Assembly (NCBI GenBank): GCA_951406725.2 | Contig: OX597817.1 | Location: 76,322,001 to 76,386,000 of the forward strand | From: Octopus vulgaris | Taxonomy: Eukaryota | Direction of reading: 5' to 3' | Length of the DNA: 64,000 nt | In this document: positions 51,366 to 64,000 of the stretch, piece by piece | Layout of the letters: each line of letters starts with the position of its first letter | How positions within the stretch are numbered: the stretch's first letter is position 1 | Notes under the pieces: generated by a model | Told to the model about the DNA's origin: nothing | The model's database searches: none | What the model saw: only the letters and a program-made list of their open reading frames with translations | Program-made: the position numbers and the translations under genes

Positions 51366-51682
51366 CATACATACATACATACATACATATACATACACAT
51401 CTCCACCCCACCCCACACACACACACATTTAAAATTAATATAGACAGCAGTATGTAATGTTTTACAAAAAAGAAATACTATAATCGTCAATAAATATGAC
51501 TAGGGTGTTAGAAACACTTACATTGCTAGAAATAAGAGTTAAAATACTCTAACATTTTAGTCAAAGCACATAATTGTATACATATATACATGCATGTATG
51601 TATGTATGTATGTATGTATGTATGTATGTATGTATGTATGTATGTATGTATGTATGTATGTATGTATGCATGTATGTATGTA

Positions 51683-52586
51683 CAGGGTGTTCTGGCTAAA
51701 TTTGTCCGTTTGCATGAAAGGAAGAACAAAGCAGAATATCCCATCTATAAAAGAAAATTTCTTTAAAAAATATAAAAATGTCAATTAGATTATGGCTGGG
51801 AAATACAGTTGACGTAAAGTAACTGCCCTCAGTTTCCACCACAGCATCAAGACTGCTCCAGGACCTGCCGCATTACCTTTCTTACTGTATCTCTTGGAGG
51901 ATCTTCGAACAAACCTTTAATCTTAGTCATCATCTTGGCCTTGGTCTTGCAAGAAAACAGGCTGGTGTGTCTCTCAACCGCGCTCCACACACAGTAATCC
52001 GTGAGATTATCATTGGGGGAATTAGGAGGCAACAAATTGAGCCTAGCGAAGTAGTAAAACTCACCGAGAGCCAATTCTGATTCTTTTCATAAGCATGGCA
52101 ACGAGCTGAATCCTGCGTCTACACATATGGCCTTCGAGCACAATCTTCTCCAATCAGAGCTTGACCACAGCATACAACAGCTTCACATAGCTGTCTGAAC
52201 TAAGCCTTAAGATGTGTTCAAAGATGTGGAGTGGCAACACTCTACCCTCACTGGAGACACACCCAAATATAATCTTTCCTGCACATAACGGCTTGGTAGT
52301 CTCCGTTGCAGCTGTCCATGTCACGTATAACAATCTTGACAGTGCTCACAGAGCATCGAATAGCAGTCATGATGTTAGCACATTGATACCCGACTTGAAT
52401 CATCATGACGCTTGCAACTCTTTTCCAATATTCCGATGTTTTCCATTCCTCCATATCAGCTAACTTTTTCGCAACTACAACTTTAATCATTATACTCTCC
52501 CAAGCCTTTGACTGTTTACCGATACATCAAGCTGCGGCTGAATAATGGAGACATAAAAATCATCACATTTAACCCAAACACTCTGT
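51683..52586 (-). mobile_element. Internally deleted Tc1/mariner-superfamily (maT/DD37D-like) transposon
   Basis: TA-cagggtgttctggctaaat TIR and degenerate partner atttaacccaaacactctg; LPPNSPNDNLTDYCVWSAVE; N-terminal HTH-like CSVSTVKIV. Confidence 0.75.
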
Positions 52587-53194
52587 CTCTACATATGTAT
52601 ATTTGTATATATATATATATATATATGGGATTTGCATGTGTATATACTGTATATAAACAAGAGAAGGAAACCTGGGAGTTACATGTATTATTTAAAGCAG
52701 CTTGGTTCGGTTTCCGTGCTACTTCAATTTCATAGGCCTCTAACGGAGCGCGTCTCCTTCAGGCTTCTGGAATAGTCGAATGAATGAAGAGGCCCAAGAA
52801 GTCCAAGAAGGCTATCGGAAGATGGGCTGCTATTGTTCAAGGAGGGTCACATGGTGTTACGCTGGATAATGTCGCTTCGTAAGCGACACGAGTTCCGTCA
52901 GAAAAGGGAATTTCTCTGATCGCGTGGTTGGACAGGACTCTAGCGGCGTCAGTGTGTTGGGATGTGGCATGAATAAGGCCTGTAAGTATATAAGTTTATA
53001 AGCGTGAGTGCGCACGCATATATGTGTGTGTGTGCATGTGTGTAGGTGTGTGTGTGCGTGTATATATGTATAAGTTTGAGTACGTGTGTGCGCGCACGTG
53101 TGTACGTGTATGTGCGTATGTATACACACACATACACACACCAGCATTTTATCAATATTTAGCAGAAGCAACAAAATGATTGAAAGGGCGAGAA

Positions 53195-53594
53195 ATATTT
53201 TCTACTTTAGGTACAAGGCCCGAAATTTTTGGGGAGGGGGGCAGTTGATTAGATCGACCCCAGTATGCAATTGATACTTAATTTATCGGCCCCGAAAGTA
53301 TGAAAGGCAAATTCGACCTCGGCGGAATTTGAACTCAGAACGTAACGGCAGAGGAAATACCTATTTCTTTACTACACACAAAGGGCTAAACACAGAGAGG
53401 ACAAACACGGACAGATAAACGATTTAAGTCGATTATATCGATCCCAGTGCGTAACTGGTACTTATTTAATCGACCCCGAAAGGATCAAAGGCAAAGTCGA
53501 CCTCGGCGGAATTTGAACTCAGAACGTAGCGGCAGACGAAATACTGTTAAGCATTTCGCCCAGCGGGCTAACCTTTCTCCCAGCTCGCCGCCTT
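53195..53594 (-). mobile_element. SINE family B dimer
   Basis: Same two-tail dimer organisation as 45342-45760, in reverse orientation. Confidence 0.85.
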
Positions 53595-54904
53595 TAAAAG
53601 ACGTTTGAGAATTTCGTGCACAACAGAGTCAGACAGACAAACAAACGCATAACGAAATTTGGTAGCGATTTATTCATAATGAACTATACATAGATCGATT
53701 AAAACGCTGTTTAATTCTCTGTGAAAAAATACGCCACTCTGTTACATACTGATATGCCATGTTGACAGACAGCTTCAGAAGAGGTAAATCCAGCCAAAAC
53801 TGCTCTCTTATCTTTTTTAAAACACACCAAAGATCCTCCTTCGCCACCCTGTTGATATGAAATGAAGAACATGTGTAATTACTGAATTGGATTAGTAAAG
53901 CAGTTGGGTGAAGATTAAAAAGGTTTCAACGATGTATTTGATTACGGTTACAGTTTTGATGTAGAGTGTCTATATCGTTATCTGAAACCCGTTATTCTTA
54001 TATTTTGGGGCGGAGTCTTTCATTTGTTTCTGTCACGTGACTATGAGTTACTCAGTCGATCTAACCGACCCAAGTAATTATTTTTAAGTCTAGTATTTAG
54101 GTATCAGACTCTTTTTGGGGTCTTTACTGCTTGGCTGCCACTTTTCAATTACTTCAATTTTTGTGCCAATTGATTTCATATCTGGATTATTGGTGTAGTT
54201 TTGTATGGTAATTATTGCCATAAAATTCCTTTTCGCCATAAATCAATAAATAAAGAGTTAATAGGTTTTTTGTAAATTTGTGGAAATTTTAGCCAATCGA
54301 AAGCCAGACATATAGGTGCCTGTTTCTATAGTAACAAGCCAATTTTTAATTTTCTTATTTTTGCATAATCGTATGAATGTGTGTAGAATAGAAATTCGCA
54401 AAGATTTTCTAAAAATTCCAGAAAGTAAAAGAAAAATTATGAGGGGTTATATGTCGTGTGTAAAGCAGAATTCCGCCAGTATTTCATTTGTTTACAGTTG
54501 ACAACACATGCAATCATGCACAAAATAACAACTTCCAAATTTTATCTTCTGATTGGGTAAAATTATGATCCTTTAAACATCTGTAACATTTTAAAATCGT
54601 TTTCTAGGAAGAGTGAATTAACCTCTGAAGGGGAGAGGAAGATAAAAAAAACTGACACCAACCTGACACGTTTGCTTTCCACCATGTAAATGTAGATCAC
54701 TTGCGCAGATACGTCTGTTTCTGAATTTTGTTGCAATAACTCCACAAGATGCTTCTGGAAGTACGTTAACATTCTCCCATTTCAGTACTGCAGTATTTTT
54801 TCCTTTACCTAGAACATTGAAGTAGCAGAATGCTAATGGACAACGAGGAAGAAGTTTTAACTACTTAAGTAATAAGCAATGGTGATGTACAAGGAGACAG
54901 GACA

Positions 54905-55380
54905 CGTTTGGGAGCTAATAAACTGTCTGAAGAGGCAGTTCCCCGAAACGGCTGCCCGTCATCATAGTTAAAACTAATCCCAGAAACATCTGGTCTGATG
55001 GTTTTGTCAGAATTCTTTGTACTCTGGAAGGCCTGCGTTGAGAAGTAAATGAGAAGAAGAGTATGAAATATGCTGAACTGCTGGAGTTATGCCAGAGCAA
55101 GGTGTGATCCCATTCAAATGATTTGCCAAGAAATTGTAGGCCAGTCCTAGAGAGAGTACAACCAACAAAGTCATTAGCAGGAGGCTATTGAGTTAGGTAT
55201 GGAGATAGCAGAGGTTGCGTCAAGATGGCTGCAGATCAGCAGGCTAGAACTACTCGGATTAGTACTAACTAGACAGAAGCTACGGCTTGGTCAACTCTAG
55301 TTGGGCCACCTGGGCGAGGACGTCTGATTGTTGAAAGATCCCCTTCACAACAACCCTAGAAATCACTGATGATATGCCAG
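54905..55380 (+). mobile_element. Hero-like RLE non-LTR retrotransposon, decayed 3' end
   Basis: WELINCLKRQFPET, VLWK..EVNEKKSMKYAELLELCQSK, EIAEVASRWL; 3' UTR gggccacctgggcgagga.gtctga.tgttgaaagat...atcactgatgat. Confidence 0.6.
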
Positions 55381-55562
55381 ATACGTCAGTGTGATGTATG
55401 GAAAATCAAATCATCCTCTCAAATTTATAATTATAAACACAAGTCTATATTACTTTACCTATGTACATTAGTATGCTATACGCTTAAAATGTTAGCTACA
55501 TAAGATAAAGAGCAAGAGAGGAGGAGGGAGAGAGAGAATGTGGATTAGTTCAACCACAATGT

Positions 55563-55596
<34 letters not shown>

Positions 55597-55643
55597 CGTG
55601 TGTGTGTATATATGTGTATATATATATGTACATATATATATGA

Positions 55644-55756
<113 letters not shown>

Positions 55757-55774
55757 TGTGTGTGTATATATAAC

Positions 55775-56790
55775 TGAAATGTACAGAAAAGACGAAGACA
55801 GGTGTATAAACAACAAGCAGGTGTTTTAATGTGATGTTCGGGAGGAAATCTTTTACGTTTCGAGCCTAAGCTCTTCAACAGAAAGGAACACGAAGAAATA
55901 AACGGAGAGAACAAAAAACTTTTGGAGTTAGCGATCAATCATGGTGACTGGCTGGACAAAAGTAGCTAAATAGAAGAGCTTGAAAGAAGGGGAGATAATA
56001 AAGTATTAGTGATCCGAAAACGAAGGTGTGCGTGCGTGTGTATGTGAGTGTGTAAGAGTGCGTGTTGATAGGGGTGGGTGACTTTGACGTGTGGATGTGT
56101 GCGTGTGTGTGCGCGTTTGTAGTGTGTGGGTATGTGGATGATGGTGTGGGTGCTGGGAAGTAATCGGGGCAGGATGGTGTGTTATGGTGTGAGGTTGTGT
56201 GTGGTAGGGTGGCGGTGTTGGGATGTGGGGATGTGAGGGTGGGGTTTGGGTTTGGGGTGAGTATGTGAGGGCAGGGAAGGTTTTTGTGGGAGTGGGATGT
56301 GTGGAGGTGGGATGTGGATGGAGGGGATATCGATGAAAGAAGGTGGGTAGGAGTGAAGAGAGGGAGTAGATGTCGGATGAAGAGGTGGAAGTTGAGCTTA
56401 TGCGGCACAAAGGAGCGGAGAAGATTAATTCCCGTTCAAGGCGAAGGTAGGAGTCCGGATTGCCTCTGTGCAAAGACAATCCGAACACAGAAAGGTGTTG
56501 TAATGAATGATCTGTAGAGTGGAAATGGCACGAGACCAGGGTATCATTGCCAAGTCTAACGTCTCGGAGGTACTCCGCGAATCGGTCAGCTATGCGGCGT
56601 CCCGTTTGACCGATGTACAGAGAAGGGAAGAAAGAGCAGGAGATGCAGTAAATGACGTTGCTAGAAGTGCAAGTGAAGGAGTCAGTGATATGATAGGGAC
56701 GATGATGGGTGCCTGTGAGGATGGTGGTGTTGGAGAAGTAAGGGCAATTTCCTTTTCGGGGGTGGGGGTGGGAGCCGTTTACGCGTGATT
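55775..56790 (-). mobile_element. Penelope-like element 3' part: GIY-YIG endonuclease (Neptune-like), C/A-rich spacer and pLTR
   Basis: FTCTSSNVIYCISC..LYIGQTGRRIADRFAEY..VSCHFHSTDHS..RLERELI, with the pLTR downstream at 55775-55945. Confidence 0.9.
55850..55885 (-). ncRNA. Minimal hammerhead motif with variant core CUGUUGA
   Basis: cuuu CUGUUGA a gagc-uuag-gcuc GAAACGUA aaag. Confidence 0.7.
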
Positions 56791-56944
56791 TCGGTGTCAC
56801 ATTAATAATCTGGAAATAATCTGGAAAAGAAACGACCCTCGAAACAAAACTCCGTAGCTGGGAAATTCAGTTTCCCGGTTATCCAACAACCATACTGATG
56901 ATTTATTTATAGCGATCAAATGCTTTGTACACATAAGCTCACTC

Positions 56945-57130
56945 ACTCCATCAAATCTAAATTACCTGTACAGGTGTACTGTGTGCCACATGTCAGATGG
57001 AGAAATGCTCGCAGGGCAACGTGAAATGAAGTGTTTTGCTCATGAACACAACGCAACGTCCGGCCTGGGAATCGAACCCACGATTTCTTAATCGTGAGTA
57101 CAACACTGACCACTAAGCTATGTGCCTTCA
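56945..57130 (-). mobile_element. tRNA-derived SINE, family C
   Basis: Minus-strand tagcttagtggtcag (A box) and gggttcgattccc (B box), followed by a CORE-like segment. Confidence 0.75.
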
Positions 57131-57877
57131 ATTCGAAGTCACGTTTGAAAACATTCTTCAAGAATGTCTGCAATTGCTATTGTTGCTGATTATGTTGTTG
57201 TCGTTATTGTTGTTGCCATTGTTGTTTTATCTTGATCCGGGTCACCCTTCACTGAACAGACCAAAGTCGTTCCAGTCATGACATCTCCTTCCTTCACTCG
57301 GACATAGCTTATCAGGACTACGTTATCCAAAGTATGCATTGCTGATATTTCTAGCAGATTAAGAAACCACATAAAGGCTTCCCTTCGTTAAATTCGCCAA
57401 TATTCTTTTTCCAAATGCTACACAGCAAAATATCTTATCCAATGTTTTATGCGAAATAAATGAAATCGCTATTGATTTTTCTTCCTGCTCTCGCTCCTAT
57501 TACCTCTTGGTCAATCTCATTTGGGAAACTAGTACAGCTTTCACTGACACCACATTCAGGAACTGATGGAATAATGCCTTTCTGTATAGTAACTCTGACC
57601 GGATCCGTAGCCATTGGAGCTGAATGAATAAAGAGACGTGTCGGTTAATATTAGTCCATGATAGTAAAAGTTACAATAAGATACTTACTGGAATTAATTT
57701 CCCAGCCGACCATAAAACATGATGAGTAAAATGTATCGTTGTGTGTTGCCATGGTAATTGGTCGGATGCACTTATTAGCATTAATAGGTCGTGGAAGAAC
57801 TAAAAAGGCAGCGTCATTTTCTGAAAAGAGAAAGTTTTTTAAAAATCAGCCACGATGTAGTTCTTATAATCATCATA

Positions 57878-58365
<488 letters not shown>

Positions 58366-58759
58366 ATCTGATAATTTTTCTGGGTTTTTGTTTTTTTGCT
58401 GTTTGAAATTAACCTTAAAGAAATAAAACAAACCGAGCTGTTCTATACAATTTAAGACAAGTACTAAACAGGAAGTACCAAACAGGAAGTATTAAACAAG
58501 TACTAAACAGGAAACAAAGTGGATACTGGCTTACCATATAACAAGAAACTGGAATTCAGCGTTTTAAAGGCTTTATGTAAATGCACATTAGTCGTGTTAA
58601 TTTGAAAAGTAGCTTTTGCAACACTTGAATTAGTTCCTCCGAGAGAGACGTCTACGAATGTCCAACCTTTCGGACTGGAAAAGAGAATCGGAAAATTCGT
58701 TTAGGATATATCTATATATACATACATCTGCATACATGTGTGAGTGTGTGAGAGTGTTT

Positions 58760-59122
58760 ATGTAGCGTGGCTGTGTGATAAGAAGCTTGCTTCCTAACAA
58801 CATAGTTCTGGGTTCAGTCCCACTACGTGGCACTTTGCGCAAGTGTCGTCCATTTATAGCCTCAGGCCGACCAAGGAAGATCGTCGTATATATACGTATG
58901 TATCTATGTATGCGTTTCTGCGTGTCTGTGTTTGTCCCCAAACACCGCTGGATAACCGGTGTTGCTGCGTTTATGTTTGCGTAACCGATAGAATAAGTAC
59001 TAGTCTTAAAATGGAACAAGTACTAATCTTAAAAAATAGAATAAGTGCTAGTCTTAAAAAATTAAGCCTGGGGTCGATTTTCCAGGCCAGAAATTCTTCA
59101 GGGCGATGCCCCAGCATGGCTG
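58760..59122 (+). mobile_element. SINE family A, diverged, with internal triplication of aagtactagtcttaaaa
   Basis: Head and tail match the consensus. Confidence 0.75.
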
Positions 59123-59138
59123 TTTGTTGTCTGTCTGC

Positions 59139-59144
<6 letters not shown>

Positions 59145-59191
<47 letters not shown>

Positions 59192-59324
59192 TATATGTAT
59201 ATATATATATATAGACATATATATATATATATATACATATACACACACACACATATATAGATATATATATATATGCATATATATACATATACATATATAT
59301 ATACATATATATATATACATATAC

Positions 59325-59372
<48 letters not shown>

Positions 59373-59434
59373 ACATATACATATACATATATATACATAT
59401 ACATATATATACATATACATATATATACATATAC

Positions 59435-59523
<89 letters not shown>

Positions 59524-59544
59524 CATATATATATATACATATAC

Positions 59545-59592
<48 letters not shown>

Positions 59593-59694
59593 ATATACAT
59601 ATATATATACATATACATATATATATATACATATACATATATATATATACATATATACATATACATATATATATATATATACATATACATATAC

Positions 59695-59736
<42 letters not shown>
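59145..59736. repeat. ~590-bp compound (TA)n/(CATATA)n array
   Basis: Seen directly. Confidence 0.95.
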
Positions 59737-59738
<2 letters not shown>

Positions 59739-59823
59739 CCGAAAGAGAGCTACTAGTAGTTTCATGCTTTCATGCCTGTTCATGTACCATACAAGCATGA
59801 AACTACTAGTAGCTCTTTCGGTT
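59737..59823. repeat. Short fold-back containing HHR 3' halves
   Basis: aaccgaaagagagctactagtagtttcatgctt / aagcatgaaactactagtagctctttcggtt. Confidence 0.85.
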
Positions 59824-59998
59824 GTGCATTCAAATTGATATTTATCTCTCACTGGATGGAATACTTTTTGGTGGATTGTACCTCTACTGGATCTTTAAAC
59901 TATATTTACGTGCGTGTGTGTGTACATGTAGTTATATGTTCGTGTCTGCTTATTTAACTGCGTTTACGTATGTATGCGCATAATACACACACACACTC

Positions 59999-60038
<40 letters not shown>

Positions 60039-60406
60039 TCGTACACGCATACACACATATAAGCAGAGGACAATAGAAGTTATATTATATAATATACGAG
60101 ATGAATTTTTGATGTAGTGAAATGAGAATTTGAGATAATCTGAAGCAATAAACGATTTCCTTGCTTTTCTTGTTCAAAATTTTATATTTATATTATTTGT
60201 TACTACGAAGGTCTGCCGGTCATTAACCTCGTCGACCTAGAATTGTCCTGCTTGATGTAACACCTTGACGTGTGGGTTTTTCCTTCGGCTTGTTTGTTTT
60301 GAGAACGATGTGGGCGGTTCTATTTCTTGTGGTGGAAATTTAATATATTCGTTCCTTAAGTAAATATAAGCTTTTGGTTTTAGTTGGGTAATTGACAAAA
60401 GAAAGC

Positions 60407-60458
<52 letters not shown>

Positions 60459-60963
60459 TAGATAGATAGATAGAGAGAGAAAGTGGGGAAGGAGTAGTAG
60501 GAGTAACATTGGAGAAAGAGTCCGAAGTGGCAAGAAATTTCTCTTAGTTTGGATTGTAAGGCTGTGAGTTTGCAGAGTCTTCTGTACGTTCTGCATTTAG
60601 TCCGTCTGTACGTTCAGTGTTTAAATGCCGCCGATGTTGATTTTATCTTTCGTCCTTTCAGGGTCGACAAAGTAAGTACCAGTTGAGCACTGGAGTTGGT
60701 GTTATCGACGTATGCACCCCCACCAAAATTGTTGGCCGTGTGCCAAAATTTGAAACCAAAATTAGGCTGGATTTTTAGAAGGAAAGATTTAGTAGGAGAA
60801 AGAAAACAAAGGATTGATGGAATTGGACATGCAGTTTAACAGGAGAAGATAAAATCAAAGTTTGTTCCTACTTTCTTATTAATACATATTTCTCTCTTCT
60901 TGATAGTGAATTTTTTATGGTCAAAATAGTAATATTTAAAACAATTGTGATATATATTAATAG

Positions 60964-61273
60964 TTATCGCCAAGCTAATATGGCAGTCCAGAAATATAGG
61001 ACGAATGCTGCCGTTGATTAACTCCAAGAGGCCATCGGCTCTAGCTAGTTATGTGACACACGAATCTGTGTCCATTATAACCTTCGAACGGGGGGAAGTC
61101 AGCCGCTTCCCCTTGCTGGTCAGGCACCTGCAGACTAGTTTCATGGTATTTGCCCTTTATAATGGACACAGGTTCGTGTGTCACATAGCTAGCTAGAAGC
61201 GATGAACTCTTGGAGGTAATCAACGGCAGCATTCGTCCTATATTTCTGGACTGCCATATTAGCTTGGCGATAA
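60964..61273. mobile_element. Fold-back/MITE-like element with ~115-bp inverted arms
   Basis: ttatcgccaagctaatatggcagtccagaaatataggacgaatgctgccgttgatt... versus its reverse complement ending ...attagcttggcgataa; the outer ~55 bp are perfect. Confidence 0.88.
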
Positions 61274-62267
61274 TATCCAGTACCGCTGCCGTTGTCTCCT
61301 TTAGAGAGACTTAGAAATATTAATATTTCTATAATTGTGATATAGTTTTTAGATTTGTTGTTGTACGCAGTATAACCATTTCGTCACCTTATTCAAATCA
61401 ATGTTTGCAACACTTCTTTCTGTTTCTCAAAACATTGGTGGTTGCCAGTGGTATCAAAACATTTATAGATAAGTTATGCAGGTGTATATGTAACCATAAT
61501 TTAGCTGAACCAGGTGGAACATATCGATCTATGTTGAAAACAAATATTTTACAAAACAGATTCCTGCAAGAAATGACAGCTTCTCGCTGAAGATTCAGAA
61601 GACAGTGGCTCTTCTATATCAAAAATCCCGATGGACTCTTTCCTATAAAGATCGCATGGAAGCCGGCTATGTTAATACGACCTTGCCGTTTTAAAAAATG
61701 GTCCGTGTAATGTTAAGGCTATCATTGTTCGTAAAACAGTGTTTATAATTAGCTAATGAAGTAGACGTTTTGTGCTTAGTAGAAGAAAATGAGCTAATGT
61801 GAAATAATGACCGACTCTTACAGTCGACGGAAGACTCTACATATATTTTAGCTGAATTTTATTGTCTGCTAAGTGCACTGCGTTAAAAGAATACGTTATA
61901 CCATAAGCAATAACCATGCAACAGGCACCTAATAGGTATTCTAGAGTTTCGTTTCTTAGCCTGTATTAAATGACAATTGACGTTAGTCCTATTCTTATGC
62001 TCGTATACATAGTTTGACTAGTATTTACATTGAGCGAACAAATATCTCACCACTCAATATGCTGCTATTCATGTTATGACTTCTGAAACTACCATTATTA
62101 CTAACGTGAATATGAGACGTTTCAATTTAAAAGGATGGCGGGCACTAATATCCATATTTTCTTTGTAATAATTAGAACACCCAAAAAGATTGCTATCACT
62201 AGTATTATTTTCGCTAATATGGTTCCAATTATTTTTTAGATAATAGTCACGTTGCTCCAATCCATTA

Positions 62268-62475
62268 GGGTCGCGAGCTGGTAGAGTCGTTAATACGCCG
62301 GGTAAAATACTTAGCGGTTTTTCGTCCGTTGCTACGTTCTGAGTTCAAATTTCGACGAGGTCGACTTTGCTTTTCATCCTTTCGGGGTCGATAAATTAAG
62401 TGCCACTAAAACACTGTAATCGACTATTTCCCTCCCACCATATTTGAGGCCTGGTGCCTGCAGTAGAAAGGATTA
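62268..62475 (+). mobile_element. SINE family B
   Basis: Consensus match. Confidence 0.8.
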
Positions 62476-62886
62476 TTTTAGATAATAGCAGAAGAACAAT
62501 TAAGAATGCCAGAAGGGGTAGCAAGCAAATCAGAAAGAGCGAAGATATCAGAAATAAAATCATTAGCGTCAAGGGGGAAGGATTTCTACATATATATCTA
62601 TAATTGTTTTCTACTCTTAAATTTGTTTATGATTTCACGGTATTACATTTTTGGTGATGTTTACAATTAGTGGTACACCTGTTATTTTAAACTTTGATAT
62701 TGCAATCATTGCCTGCCTTCTTTATTTTCAATCTAGGCTCTCTCTCCGAGAGAAGACTTTTCTCTCCCGGGTCTTATTGCTTTTCGAATTGTCATCGATA
62801 ATTCTGTAACTTTGCTTTCCTTTGAGCTTATCTCTACACAAACCCATTTTTACCTCTTGGAAGAGATGGCCAATGTACGTGTGGCC

Positions 62887-63096
62887 CAAGGCAGCGAGCT
62901 GGCAAAATCATTAATGCGGTGGGAGAAATGCTTAGCGGCATTTCGCCCGTCTTTACATTGAGCTCAAGTTCCGCCAAGGTTGACTTTGCCTTTCCTCTCT
63001 CTGGGTCGATAAAATAAGTACCAATTGAGCACAGGAGTCGATGTTATTGACTGGCCCTCTCCCCCAGAATTTCTGGCCGAGTGCTTATAGTAGAAA
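62887..63096 (+). mobile_element. SINE family B
   Basis: Consensus match, diverged. Confidence 0.78.
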
Positions 63097-63422
63097 TTGT
63101 TGGCCTTTTTGCCAATATTTGAAACCAGTATTAATCTGGCATCTATCCTTTGATCTGTCCAGCATCGAAACCTTACCAGGAACTTGCGCTTCACTTTCAA
63201 AGCTGTCAGGGTCCCAAGCAATCACACTTCAAAAAGGAATAGACTTTTAAGCGGTCATTATTAAATAGGTTAACATCTTAGTGGTATGTTTAAACTTTAA
63301 AGAAGTTCGTTATCAAAATTGTAGTTACTCCTTGTGTATTACAATGAAATTTCTATGGGCCCAAATGTTGAATGCTATTTTAATGTATCATATTAAGTTT
63401 TCATATTAAGTACCGGATATTT

Positions 63423-63900
63423 ATGTTTGTATGCCAACAGAATGTGGCAGTCCTATACAGGACGATGTTACTGTTGTTTTACAAATACTACATACAACAG
63501 TAACATCGTCCTTTATGGGACTGCCACATTCTGTTGGCATATAAACATTACTATATGGTACTGTTACTGTATATCTCTCGCTCAGATATTTAAAACAAGT
63601 TGTTTTTCTCTGTACGAGATCAGAGACTGTGTCGCTTAAAAAATTTATAGGATTTGCAAGTGGAGAGAGCTTTCATTACTAGCTACTGGTTGTCTGAGAC
63701 TGAGGACGGTTAACATCCAGAAACCTAGGTCAGTAAGTATCACGTAAGGCTAGAGATGGGAGCGATGACCTCCCTTACAAATGCTATACGGACACAAACT
63801 GTGTGTGATTGCCAGCTGGAAAACATGTTTTTCTGGAATCAAAAAAAGAGTAACATCGTCCTTTGTTGGATTGCTACATTTGTTAGCATATAAACATTAC

Positions 63901-63903
<3 letters not shown>
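63423..63903 (+). mobile_element. Penelope-type pLTR unit with inverted and direct terminal copies and an internal HHR core (63700-63731)
   Basis: 55-bp inverted arms 63423-63477 / 63494-63548; direct copy at 63849-63903; CUGAGGA cgguuaacaucca GAAA ccuag GUC. Confidence 0.7.
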
Positions 63904-63986
<83 letters not shown>

Positions 63987-64000
63987 TTTGTATAGTTTAC

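Noticed and set aside
52697-52767. Minus-strand CUGAAGG...GAAA with a possible stem II
   Set aside because: Core spacing is altered and there is no NUH/stem III match; possibly a remnant, but unsupported.
55935-56408. Pro/His/Thr-rich 157-aa ORF
   Set aside because: Low-complexity C/A-rich spacer in the Penelope 3' region.
58459-58515. Short repeats aagtactaaacagg; also a 16-bp duplication at 50716-50747 and a 3847-3908 repeat
   Set aside because: Ordinary slippage duplications with no spacer structure, so not CRISPR-like.

Overview
AT-rich, microsatellite-saturated eukaryotic DNA, either intergenic or deep intronic. No host exon or intact gene is recognisable, and most listed ORFs are translated microsatellites. 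The repeat content (two abundant tRNA-derived SINE families, long (TA)n/(TG)n/(TACA)n/(TATC)n arrays) suggests an Octopus/coleoid genome; this is an inference. The window is a graveyard of decayed transposons: CR1-like APE-RT LINEs, RTE LINE pieces (one ending in three C2H2 fingers), three RLE-type non-LTR clades (R4/Dong-like, Hero-like, CRE-like), Penelope-like GIY-YIG fragments, Tc1/mariner fragments and MITEs, and Helitron/Helentron-derived elements. The main hidden signal is about 15 type-I hammerhead-ribozyme (HHR) motifs of roughly ten sequence families, in short non-coding Penelope-type pseudo-LTR (pLTR) units. Several sit in fold-back or tandem arrangements, and one at 22477-22531 has a complete core. 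Also notable are a 3' tail architecture shared by one SINE family and two LINEs, and several long near-perfect inverted repeats. All calls were read by eye; no searches or folding programs were run, and element boundaries are approximate.
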